A DNA stretch of 64,000 nucleotides from the IMG/VR virus record IMGVR_UViG_3300031998_000049; one strand, written 5' to 3'. Source of the stretch: an uncultured virus (IMG/VR IMGVR_UViG_3300031998_000049). Its lineage: Duplodnaviria > Heunggongvirae > Uroviricota > Caudoviricetes. The position numbers and the translations under genes are program-made. The notes under the pieces are model-generated. The model saw nothing but the letters and a program-made list of their open reading frames with translations. It searched no databases and was not told the origin of the DNA. Of this stretch, positions 9,149 through 17,406 are shown piece by piece (positions within the stretch are counted from its first letter, which is position 1; each line of letters opens with the position of its first letter).

Positions 9149-9454
9149 ATGGTACGCTTTTCCACTAATCGCAAGTATAATAAAACTTGCGTTGAAATCC
9201 TCGCCCAACTTACCGAGATGTGTGACACGGAGCAAGAGAGCCGAAACGAGATTGCACGCTATCGGCGCGAGTTCCCCAAAGAGCCGGACTACAACCTGGC
9301 CCAATATGGAAATTTGCTGATATATTACTATCAGGTGCGCGAGATGTTCAGAAAATGCGGCTACTCTGAAAAGACCCTAAAACGAGTTAGTGACGCTCGC
9401 CTATGGGGAATGTATTTGTATAGGGTTGGGGAGGTTGTCCGCTTGGCTTTCTGA
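9149..9454 (+). CDS. hypothetical early protein
   Basis: ORF behind conserved AACC..TAAATTTT leader. Confidence 0.75.
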   Translation: MVRFSTNRKYNKTCVEILAQLTEMCDTEQESRNEIARYRREFPKEPDYNLAQYGNLLIYYYQVREMFRKCGYSEKTLKRVSDARLWGMYLYRVGEVVRLAF

Positions 9455-9520
9455 CCTGATCAACTAACCTCGGTAGGCTTGACCGCTTGCCGAGGTTCTG
9501 AACCTCTAATTTTGTAGATT

Positions 9521-9805
9521 ATGGCAACCAAGAAAGTAGATCACCTCGGTGTATCGGTGTATATGTCCGAGCGCGGCGACGCTTACGGCAACCCTCGTTG
9601 TATCGTCCATTTTACCGCATTCCTGACTAAAGGCGAATTTATGGAAATGAGCGTCGAAGACGGCTACCACCTCGCACACGAGCGAGCAAAGAAAGCCGGC
9701 TTCCGCAAGTATACCGCGAAAGAGTTTGGCGGCGGTTTCATTTGTGAATACGACTACTGCGGCGGTCTTGAGATTGCCGAGCGCGTTGTCCTGGCGCGTG
9801 GTTAG
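9521..9805 (+). CDS. hypothetical early protein
   Basis: D.YGNPR and FGGG motifs seen in small phage early proteins. Confidence 0.75.
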   Translation: MATKKVDHLGVSVYMSERGDAYGNPRCIVHFTAFLTKGEFMEMSVEDGYHLAHERAKKAGFRKYTAKEFGGGFICEYDYCGGLEIAERVVLARG

Positions 9806-9865
9806 TTTCGGTTTTGTGGGCTTGGCCGCCCACTTGACCGCCAAAACCTCTAAAATTTGCAAAGT

Positions 9866-10084
9866 ATGGAAAAGTACACACAAAAAAGCCTCCGCCAAAT
9901 GGTTGAGTTGGGCCTCGCTATTGACATAACCCACGAAACCGACCGAAATGCCATCGCCGGCGACTACACCCTGATAGGAATATCAAAGGGCGTGTACGGG
10001 GTAAATGGCAAGCTCTTCAAGTCCTCGGTTAGTGGTCAACTCTACGCGATCACGGCGAGAACGACCGCTATCTACATTTTCTGA
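9866..10084 (+). CDS. hypothetical early protein
   Basis: ORF with conserved leader; SKGVYGVNG.L...YAITAR. Confidence 0.75.
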   Translation: MEKYTQKSLRQMVELGLAIDITHETDRNAIAGDYTLIGISKGVYGVNGKLFKSSVSGQLYAITARTTAIYIF

Positions 10085-10141
10085 TTCTTCGGTTATCGCA
10101 TCCCGGCCGATGCGAAGACCGCCAACCAATTTTAATATATT

Positions 10142-10399
10142 ATGGTAGATTTCACTTTTCACGAGCTGCTTGACGGAAAAGATTTCAAGCTGCACCGCGA
10201 TGTCCTCCCAATCGGCGAGGACGGGAACGAACTCTCAAAGGGCGCCCCGGTCTATATGGCCTACATCCGCAAGGAGTATGAAAAGCACGAGATGCTTTGC
10301 GATATGTTCGATAGTATGGGATGGGAGAGGATGGAAGACGAAGAGATCGAGGGGGAGGGGTACACCTATTATAGCAAATTCGACGAAGAGGTCGAGTAG
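10142..10399 (+). CDS. small acidic hypothetical protein
   Basis: 85 aa, D/E-rich. Confidence 0.7.
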   Translation: MVDFTFHELLDGKDFKLHRDVLPIGEDGNELSKGAPVYMAYIRKEYEKHEMLCDMFDSMGWERMEDEEIEGEGYTYYSKFDEEVE

Positions 10400-10523
10400 A
10401 TGGTGGCGGCATCCTGGCCGATGCCCCCACCGCGACAAACCAAATAATTGAGTTATGGAAAAGAGGGGGGAGGGGGTGTGAAAACGCCCTCCCTCGCAAA
10501 GTTAACCCCTAAATTACTGCATT

Positions 10524-10940
10524 ATGATTATTGATTTGATCATTGACCGAAAGGACGGCCACGAGTATAGCGCGAGGGCGTTCTACTCCGAGGTTGTCGC
10601 GCACAACGCGAGCAACCCCACCGATAGTGCTTCGATTGCCACGGCGTTCCGGATTGGAAAAGAGAAGATGGTCCGCTTTGCTCTTTGCAACTACATCCGA
10701 GAGAATGGATATAATGAGGAGCTTTGCGATTACATCAACTCGGTTGAATGGCTTGACGGAAGCCTGCATGTCACCCTGGTCGAAGAGGAGAGGGATGCCC
10801 TATCCTATGCCATCCTTGACTCCCTCTCCCACCTTGCGAAACTCCGCGAGGAGGCCGGCACGAACGGCTTCGACATTAAGCCCTATCAGGAAAGGATAGA
10901 ACTCTTGAGTAGGATTCACTCAAAGGTTCTCGGAATCTGA
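10524..10940 (+). CDS. hypothetical early protein
   Basis: MIIDLIIDRKDG...YNEELCDYINSVEW. Confidence 0.8.
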   Translation: MIIDLIIDRKDGHEYSARAFYSEVVAHNASNPTDSASIATAFRIGKEKMVRFALCNYIRENGYNEELCDYINSVEWLDGSLHVTLVEEERDALSYAILDSLSHLAKLREEAGTNGFDIKPYQERIELLSRIHSKVLGI

Positions 10941-11002
10941 GAGAAAGAGGGCGAGGGGGTGACACCCCTCTCCCTCTCGACAAACCGCTAAAGTTTCAAG
11001 TT

Positions 11003-11245
11003 ATGTCCGAAGGAATTACCCCTTTCCGCGTCACATTCAACAAACCGAATGAGGGCGCACCTTTCTTCGCTACCGAGGTGGAAATCAGCCGCAACCTCCC
11101 TCTTGAGGAGCGCAACCATATCGCCGGACTGCTCGCGCAGCTTGGTTTCGAGAATATGGATTGCGAGGGCGATGATGCCGGCGAGTGGGACTACTACGCC
11201 GCCTACGGCGATGGCTATGAACGCAATAATGGGGAGGAGTCCTAA
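11003..11245 (+). CDS. small acidic hypothetical protein
   Basis: 80 aa, acidic C-terminus. Confidence 0.7.
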   Translation: MSEGITPFRVTFNKPNEGAPFFATEVEISRNLPLEERNHIAGLLAQLGFENMDCEGDDAGEWDYYAAYGDGYERNNGEES

Positions 11246-11279
11246 CAGGCTCCCCTCGTTCAAATCAATCTCTCGTATT

Positions 11280-11642
11280 ATGAAAATCATTCTTCTTTGT
11301 TGGGTCATCGGTGCAATCATCGGTGTCATCTGGGGCTTGTGCCGCCGCCAGGAAAATGGCAGGGGCGAGGAAACCGAGGGCGGTGTCCTTGTTCCTACGA
11401 GTGCCGCCCTACCCGACACATACGCCGCGATGGAGGCTCAACCCAACCTCTTGTCGGAGGTTCTTGGGAATGCGTTGCGCGAGTATCGGCGTATGGGCGG
11501 CAGCGGTCTTCCGCTCGTTCAGCTTGACTGCTGTGTCCGCGCCGCGCTTTGCGGAAACCTTGAAACTTCGGTTGCGGTGTATGTCTTGGAAAAGACCGGG
11601 ATGCACTCGTATGCCGAGAAAATCAAGGGGATGGGGCTTTGA
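11280..11642 (+). CDS. membrane-anchored hypothetical protein
   Basis: N-terminal hydrophobic segment. Confidence 0.6.
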   Translation: MKIILLCWVIGAIIGVIWGLCRRQENGRGEETEGGVLVPTSAALPDTYAAMEAQPNLLSEVLGNALREYRRMGGSGLPLVQLDCCVRAALCGNLETSVAVYVLEKTGMHSYAEKIKGMGL

Positions 11643-11683
11643 TCGGCCCCCACCCTCTCAAATTAACCTCTAAATTTTGTGAT

Positions 11684-12040
11684 ATGAACGAATTAAATCT
11701 TACGTTCCAGCTATCAAGGACGGAAATTTTTGAAGTTAGCTACAAGACTATTGGTAGCAATGCCTCTCCGTATTTCTCCACGTCTGCGTCTGTCTTTAAT
11801 CGTCCGAAGACGGATTTCAACATGTGCGGCCAGTGCCAGGATGACGTCCTGAAAACCCACCGCGCCGCGATGCGCTTTTATAAGAAGTGGGACCCGTTCC
11901 ACCTTCACGCCTTGACTCCTAAACAATACAAGGAACTGGTGGATGACATCGAGACCATGAAAGATCGCTATAACTGGTGCAGTGGGACCAGTTTTTGCGA
12001 ACAAAGGGCCCTTTCAATGCAAAATCCAAAGAAAGCATAA
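11684..12040 (+). CDS. hypothetical early protein
   Basis: ORF with conserved leader. Confidence 0.75.
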   Translation: MNELNLTFQLSRTEIFEVSYKTIGSNASPYFSTSASVFNRPKTDFNMCGQCQDDVLKTHRAAMRFYKKWDPFHLHALTPKQYKELVDDIETMKDRYNWCSGTSFCEQRALSMQNPKKA

Positions 12041-12099
12041 CACGGAGGGGACGGCCTGGCCGCCATCCCCTTTGCAAATAACTTCTAAATTTTGGCATT

Positions 12100-12708
12100 A
12101 TGGGTACTACAAATTTCTCCAAGATCAACGCACAAAACTATTATGTCGTTGAAAACAAAACCATCCGCGACATCCAGGAGGCTGCCAAGAATCGGCCCGA
12201 CGGGGAGCGATTCCGGATCATGAACGAACCGGAGCATGGCGCAAGATACCACAGGGACGAGGGGACGGTCATCCTTGAATTTAAGTGGGGCGATGTCCAA
12301 CTCTCTCGGAATTACTGTTTCAACCTGTACGGAAAGATCATCGTGCGGCCAGGCTACTACCAGGACGCCACGCTGGACTGGGATTTCGAGGCCGTTGGCT
12401 GGAATGACCGTTTCAGCATGAACGACTACGACGACCTGGAGGCCATCGCTCGTGACATCTTCGAGGACTGGGATTATTGCGAGCGCGGGACCGACTGGAA
12501 CGCCGGGATCAAGAAAATGCAGGAGGCCAACATCCACAAGAAGATAAACGAAGCCCTGGAGGGAGTCATCTCGTATCTGGAAGGTGTTTGCGCCGATCTT
12601 GTGGGTGACAACATCTTCGAGCGGGGCGGGCTGTTTAGCGACGGGACATGCGTATATCACAAAGTCACCACGCAGCGCGGGCGCCTGCTCGCTGCTGTCG
12701 CGGCATAA
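12100..12708 (+). CDS. hypothetical early protein
   Basis: 202 aa; MGTTNF start, RPGYY motif. Confidence 0.8.
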   Translation: MGTTNFSKINAQNYYVVENKTIRDIQEAAKNRPDGERFRIMNEPEHGARYHRDEGTVILEFKWGDVQLSRNYCFNLYGKIIVRPGYYQDATLDWDFEAVGWNDRFSMNDYDDLEAIARDIFEDWDYCERGTDWNAGIKKMQEANIHKKINEALEGVISYLEGVCADLVGDNIFERGGLFSDGTCVYHKVTTQRGRLLAAVAA

Positions 12709-12816
12709 TGCAAGGGCCTGGCCCCCTGACCGGGGCCTGGTCCTCCAATTCGTTTTTATTGTGCAAATACATTGCACACCTTTGCCCTACCTTTGCCTTA
12801 ACAAAAACAAAAAGCC

Positions 12817-13137
12817 ATGACAAACTCAATGACCTTTGAGGAGATTTTCTCCCTGATCCAGAAGCACAATTTAACTGTGAGGTGTTTCCCTACGCATATT
12901 GTTGGCTTCCACATATACCGCGATGGAGAAACGATCAACGACGGGGACACCATCAAGGAGAAAGTGTTTAAAAACGGCACTCATAAGGTTGTGTACCACG
13001 AGGAGTTTAGAGAACCTAAGTGGGGTGTAAAGATCGGAGATTGGCCGCACTGGACCAAGCATGATTTCTATGGCACAACCTTAGAGGATGCTGTAAGAAA
13101 AGCAGTGGAGAGCCTGGAGCGCACCACCAAGGAATAG
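12817..13137 (+). CDS. hypothetical protein
   Basis: 106 aa, own TACCTTTG promoter upstream. Confidence 0.7.
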   Translation: MTNSMTFEEIFSLIQKHNLTVRCFPTHIVGFHIYRDGETINDGDTIKEKVFKNGTHKVVYHEEFREPKWGVKIGDWPHWTKHDFYGTTLEDAVRKAVESLERTTKE

Positions 13138-13160
13138 AACCGCGAAATACTTCAAATTTA

Positions 13161-13193
13161 TTTTGCAGTTTAAAATATTCTGCTTATATTTGT
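13161..13193 (+). promoter_or_regulatory. second copy of early promoter, upstream of ardA
   Basis: 29/33 identical to 8888-8920. Confidence 0.7.
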
Positions 13194-13251
13194 ATCGCCT
13201 TCTAAATTTTGCACCGCAAGTCCGGCGGGATATAAACAGGGCTTCCGTGCT

Positions 13252-14253
13252 ATGGCACAAGTTTATGTTAGTACTTATGGGAAGTACAACTCCGGCAGCA
13301 TCGCCGGTGCGTGGATCGACCTCTCCGACTGCGCAAGCTATTCCGATTTCCTGGCCAAGTGCAAGGACGCGCACAAGGACGAGCGTGACCCTGAGTTTAT
13401 GATCCAGGACACCGAGGGCTTCCCTGACGGTCTCTCCTGCATGGAGTGGCTGTCCGAGGCCGACTTCAACGATGTCAAGGCCGCCATGAAGGAGGAGGCC
13501 CAGGAGGAGGCTCCGGCGCCCTCTTTCGAGGTCGTTGACTATTCCGAGAAAGCTATCGCCGTTACGGGTGATACGAGGTCCATTTCTGACAGTCTCAAGG
13601 CGCTGGGCGGGCGCTTCAATCCTCGCCTGTCTTGCGGTCCTGGCTGGATTTTCTCCAAGCGCCAGGAGGATGCCGTCCGCGCCCTTCTTGGAGGCGCTAA
13701 AACCGCCACGGCGAAGAAAGAGGAGGCCGAGGCCCCCTACCTCGTCGCCCGCCGCGAATATCTCGACACCTGCCAGGGCGGACGGGAATACAAGGAGCGC
13801 AATACCGCTGCCTGCGTCAAACTGCCGGAGGGCTTCTATCTGATCAGCAAGCCGTCGATCGAGAACAAGTTCTGTTTCGAGGACGAAGGCCCCGACTACG
13901 ACCTGTATAATTCCCTCCTCGCCGACGAGGAGAAACTTCGCGCCTACTTCCTCAACGCGAACCTCTCCGACTTCGATGTCAAATTGAAGTTCCTGGAGGA
14001 AGGCGACGATCCGGTCCTTGTCGCCGCCGACAAGTACGACTCTAACACGGCCTGGATACGGACCAAGCAGTACAGCGTAGACTATTGGGACGCTGTGCGC
14101 GAGGGCTGGCGCCAGCTCACAGACGAGGAGCGCAAGGCCGTGGCCGCTGCTCTCCGCTTCGTCCGGGACGGCTTCGAGAAGCGCCTGCATGCCTACCTGA
14201 AACGCTACGGCGTTTCCAAGATTCACACCTGGTCCTACTGGGCCAATGCGTAA
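13252..14253 (+). CDS. ardA: ArdA-like antirestriction protein N-domain fused to additional domains
   Basis: VYVSTYGKYNSGSIAGAWIDL...HKDERDPEFMIQD.EGFP. Confidence 0.8.
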   Translation: MAQVYVSTYGKYNSGSIAGAWIDLSDCASYSDFLAKCKDAHKDERDPEFMIQDTEGFPDGLSCMEWLSEADFNDVKAAMKEEAQEEAPAPSFEVVDYSEKAIAVTGDTRSISDSLKALGGRFNPRLSCGPGWIFSKRQEDAVRALLGGAKTATAKKEEAEAPYLVARREYLDTCQGGREYKERNTAACVKLPEGFYLISKPSIENKFCFEDEGPDYDLYNSLLADEEKLRAYFLNANLSDFDVKLKFLEEGDDPVLVAADKYDSNTAWIRTKQYSVDYWDAVREGWRQLTDEERKAVAAALRFVRDGFEKRLHAYLKRYGVSKIHTWSYWANA

Positions 14254-14321
14254 CAAAAAGAGGGGGGGGGAGGGGGTGATACCCCTCCCGTCTCTCCAGA
14301 TAACCATAAAAACACACGGAT

Positions 14322-14627
14322 ATGAAAAAGACCATTAAAGTAACACCCTACTGGCAGGACGACCGCCATGATCTCAACTATGATCGGACCTACGCAGGGA
14401 ACAACTTCGAGCATTGTGAAATCTGCGGTAGGAGGCTGAACCCAAAAACGACGAAGCTGGTACAACTATTGGAGTGCGGCTTCTGGACTGACGAACAAGA
14501 GGAAGTAAAGGATGTACTTGACGACGGAGGGAGAGGTCAAGGGTTCTTCCCTGTCGGTCCTACCTGCTACAAGGAAATCCGCCGCCGGATCGCGGAGTCG
14601 AAAGAGACACGACAGGTGGAAATCTAA
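14322..14627 (+). CDS. hypothetical Zn-binding protein
   Basis: CEICG...FPVGPTC. Confidence 0.7.
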   Translation: MKKTIKVTPYWQDDRHDLNYDRTYAGNNFEHCEICGRRLNPKTTKLVQLLECGFWTDEQEEVKDVLDDGGRGQGFFPVGPTCYKEIRRRIAESKETRQVEI

Positions 14628-14640
14628 AGACCTTAGTGTT

Positions 14641-14949
14641 ATGGCTAAATCATTACTTACAATCTTCCATCAGTACCGGAGAATCTGCGATAACTGGGAC
14701 CGCTCCAAGCACGACCGCAAGACCTGGCAGCGTGTCTTCCGCATCTATTCGCAGTATCTTATCAACATAGGGAAGGCGGAGGGGGTGGCCATCCCCGATG
14801 GCTCAGACTACATGCCTGGCGTGGCCGCAAAGATCGCCTTCCCGGAGAACCACTGGCGCATGTCCAGTGAAGCCATCAACAACTCCCCGGAGTTCCAGGC
14901 CGCAAGAGCCAAGATGTACCCCAGGAGCGTTTACGCAGCAACCGTTTAA
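14641..14949 (+). CDS. hypothetical protein
   Basis: 102-aa ORF. Confidence 0.7.
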   Translation: MAKSLLTIFHQYRRICDNWDRSKHDRKTWQRVFRIYSQYLINIGKAEGVAIPDGSDYMPGVAAKIAFPENHWRMSSEAINNSPEFQAARAKMYPRSVYAATV

Positions 14950-14967
14950 TCCTAAATACTTTTGCTT

Positions 14968-15222
14968 ATGATCATCATTGAAAACACGGTCGGCAAGACC
15001 GATTCCGAAATTCGCGGCACCGTCATCGTTGCCGTCGCAACCGCAACCGGGCGCAACCCCAAGGTCTGGGTGCATGTCGAGAAGGAACACCGGGAGGTGG
15101 TCGTCAACACTGACGACGATCCGGTCCGTCCAGGCATGCTCTCCTACGAGAACTACAACGAGGGGGGCGTCTCGCTGGACAACCTGGACTTCGACGCTTT
15201 GGTCAAAGAACTGGGCCTGTAA
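14968..15222 (+). CDS. hypothetical protein
   Basis: 84-aa ORF with conserved leader. Confidence 0.7.
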   Translation: MIIIENTVGKTDSEIRGTVIVAVATATGRNPKVWVHVEKEHREVVVNTDDDPVRPGMLSYENYNEGGVSLDNLDFDALVKELGL

Positions 15223-15285
15223 CCTCTTCGGGCTTGCGCGGGTGATACCGCGCAGGCTCGCCAATAACCTCTAATTTTTTGCGCT

Positions 15286-15552
15286 ATGTTCACATTTGTA
15301 TCTCAGAATCAGGAGTTCGGCGATTACGTCGCCGATGTCCTCAAGGACGAGGAGGGCGACACCTACCTGGCCGTCTATGTCGATTTCCCTGACGGGATGG
15401 GCGTGGTGACGCATGTATTCGTTGTGTATATCGGGAACCTCCCCGACTTCGTAGCAAGCGGCAAGGACTTTGGCGCGATGACAAACGCATCGTATAGGGC
15501 CTTCACGCTCCCCAAATTCTGCCAGTGGGTCTCGTATAATGTCGCGTCCTAA
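15286..15552 (+). CDS. hypothetical protein
   Basis: 88-aa ORF with conserved leader. Confidence 0.65.
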   Translation: MFTFVSQNQEFGDYVADVLKDEEGDTYLAVYVDFPDGMGVVTHVFVVYIGNLPDFVASGKDFGAMTNASYRAFTLPKFCQWVSYNVAS

Positions 15553-15563
15553 TCCCTGGCGCT

Positions 15564-15773
15564 ATGGCAAGTTATGTGCTTATGCGCTTCGGGAGTTACC
15601 TCGCGTCAAGGGTGGGCTGGGGGCCTACCACGACGAAAGAACTCGACCAGGCGAAGAAGTTCAACTCTATTTCTTCCGCCTACGAATACCGGAGAAATCA
15701 TAGTTTCTTCGAGAAATATGATATTGGCCGCATCAATATGTGTGGCCATGTAGAACCTGTTGCGTCAAGATAA
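15564..15773 (+). CDS. hypothetical protein
   Basis: 69-aa ORF. Confidence 0.6.
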   Translation: MASYVLMRFGSYLASRVGWGPTTTKELDQAKKFNSISSAYEYRRNHSFFEKYDIGRINMCGHVEPVASR

Positions 15774-15873
15774 TCATCCGCTTGGCGCATCGTGTTAACT
15801 GTGTTTTTATGGGGAAAAAGGCCGGGAGGGGGTGATACCTCCCCGGTCTTCCAAACATCTAAATCTTTGCCTT

Positions 15874-16710
15874 ATGAAAGAGTTATTTGAGTCTATCGAA
15901 CACGCCGCCGCCAACCCCGGCCAGGCCGCTTCTATCATCAAGCACCTCCGCGCCGTCGGCATCTTCACCTGGGACGGCCTCACGAAGAGCAATTTCTACG
16001 AGTTTCGTGACCATTTAGCCCGGGCGGTGGCCCCCAACACGGCCAAGACCGTATGCGCCGCTTTTAAGGCCATTTTAAAGCGATTCTCGGACGATATAGA
16101 ACTCCCGAAGGATTGGGAGTCCATCATCACCGCCAGGGGCGAGAAACCGCTTAAAACCTACCTTACCACGTACGAACTTGAAGCGCTGGAGCGCGTGACC
16201 CCCAGGAACGAGATCGAGGAGATAGTCCTGAACCAGTTCCTCGTGTCCGCCTGGACCGGCATGCGTATCTCCGACACCAACACCGTCTGCCCGGAAAAGA
16301 CGGAGGGGGGTATGCTCACCTATGTGAGCCAGAAGACCAAGACCACGGCCACCATCCCCTTGCGCCCCGGCATCGCGGAGCGGATCGAGTGGTTGAAGGA
16401 GAATGGGCGCGAACTCTACCTCGCCACCTACAACGATGCTATCCGGCGCCTGGCAAGGCGGGCGGGTATCCGCACCGCCGTGGTGGTCTTCAAGAACGGA
16501 AAGGAAGAGAGGGGGGAGAAGTGGGAGTTCATCACGAGCCACACGGCCAGGGTGAGCTTCTGCACGAACCTCGCCAAGACCGGCACGGACCTCCTCTCCA
16601 TCAGCCGCCTCGCCGGGCATAGCTCCGTCCAGATGACGCAGCGTTACTGCGTCCCAACATCCGTTGACCTCAACGACCAGGCGAGAACATTTTTCGGATT
16701 AAATTCTTAA
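15874..16710 (+). CDS. short tyrosine recombinase (no arm-binding domain)
   Basis: TGMRISD, SQKT, HTAR, AGHSS..MT.RY catalytic motifs; 278 aa. Confidence 0.9.
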   Translation: MKELFESIEHAAANPGQAASIIKHLRAVGIFTWDGLTKSNFYEFRDHLARAVAPNTAKTVCAAFKAILKRFSDDIELPKDWESIITARGEKPLKTYLTTYELEALERVTPRNEIEEIVLNQFLVSAWTGMRISDTNTVCPEKTEGGMLTYVSQKTKTTATIPLRPGIAERIEWLKENGRELYLATYNDAIRRLARRAGIRTAVVVFKNGKEERGEKWEFITSHTARVSFCTNLAKTGTDLLSISRLAGHSSVQMTQRYCVPTSVDLNDQARTFFGLNS

Positions 16711-16734
16711 ATTTGAACGCTTAATCTCAATGCC

Positions 16735-17130
16735 ATGAAGAAGTTAATGCTTATCCTCGCGGCGGTGCTTGTTGCTTGTGCCGCCTGCCACAAGATCGAG
16801 AACCCCACGGGAATAGAACTTGGTCTTTACTCCGCTTCCACGCCTGACGGCGACCTCTACACCGAGTTCCTGGGCGAGAACACCCACAAACTCTACTTCA
16901 ACGGCCAGGCCGGTAATATGGGCTACTATGCCATCGACGGCGACAAGATTACCTTCACCGGGGTGGTGGAGATAGAGTGCCGCCGTGCCGAGCATTTCGG
17001 CCAGACGCTCGTGTACTCGTTCAGTTCATCCAGCCCCGGCACGATTACCAGCCGCACCTCGTTCAAGGTCGAGGGGCGCATCAATGGTAAGAACGGCGAG
17101 GCGGTGGTCTGCGAGTTCAAGAAAAGATAA
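16735..17130 (+). CDS. lipoprotein
   Basis: MKKLMLILAAVLVACAAC lipoprotein signal. Confidence 0.75.
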   Translation: MKKLMLILAAVLVACAACHKIENPTGIELGLYSASTPDGDLYTEFLGENTHKLYFNGQAGNMGYYAIDGDKITFTGVVEIECRRAEHFGQTLVYSFSSSSPGTITSRTSFKVEGRINGKNGEAVVCEFKKR

Positions 17131-17163
17131 GGACGGGGAGGGGTGATACCCTCCTCGCTCTCT

Positions 17164-17367
17164 CAGCCAACAATCCAGCCAACGAAAAAGGAAATCCCGC
17201 TTTGATGCACTCAAGGCGGGATTCTTCGAGCCACTTAACAGACTTGAACTCTTCCTTTCCACGGCGCTCTCCTGGCGCACTATCAGGCAGTTAGTGTGAA
17301 TGTTTGCGAACCATAGTGATAAGCGATTCACAAAAAGTTAGCGGATTTCAGCCAATAATCCAGCCAA
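17164..17367. other. attP with tRNA-Thr-like core (17228-17250) and arm-type repeats
   Basis: Minus strand AGTTCAAGTCTGTTAAGTGGCTC = T-loop plus acceptor 3' strand; CAGCCAA(C/T)AATCCAGCCAA at 17164 and 17349; adjacent to integrase. Confidence 0.7.
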
Positions 17368-17406
17368 TTTTCATACCTTTGTCGAGCAAAGAAATCCGAC
17401 AAAGAA

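Noticed and set aside
14270..14290. GGTGATA as lambda CI/Cro operator half-site
   Set aside because: Short coincidental match; the flanks behave as hairpin stems rather than 17-bp operators
13081..14307. Long antisense ORFs (also 22942-24369, 30236-31171, 37024-37947)
   Set aside because: Shadow frames of GC3-biased real genes; no motifs or start context
9100..17160. CRISPR array or classical integron attC array
   Set aside because: Repeats are degenerate, separated by whole genes, and lack constant repeat/spacer lengths or RYYYAAC/GTTRRRY ends
17228..17250. Functional tRNA gene
   Set aside because: Only the 3' portion is present; interpreted as att core
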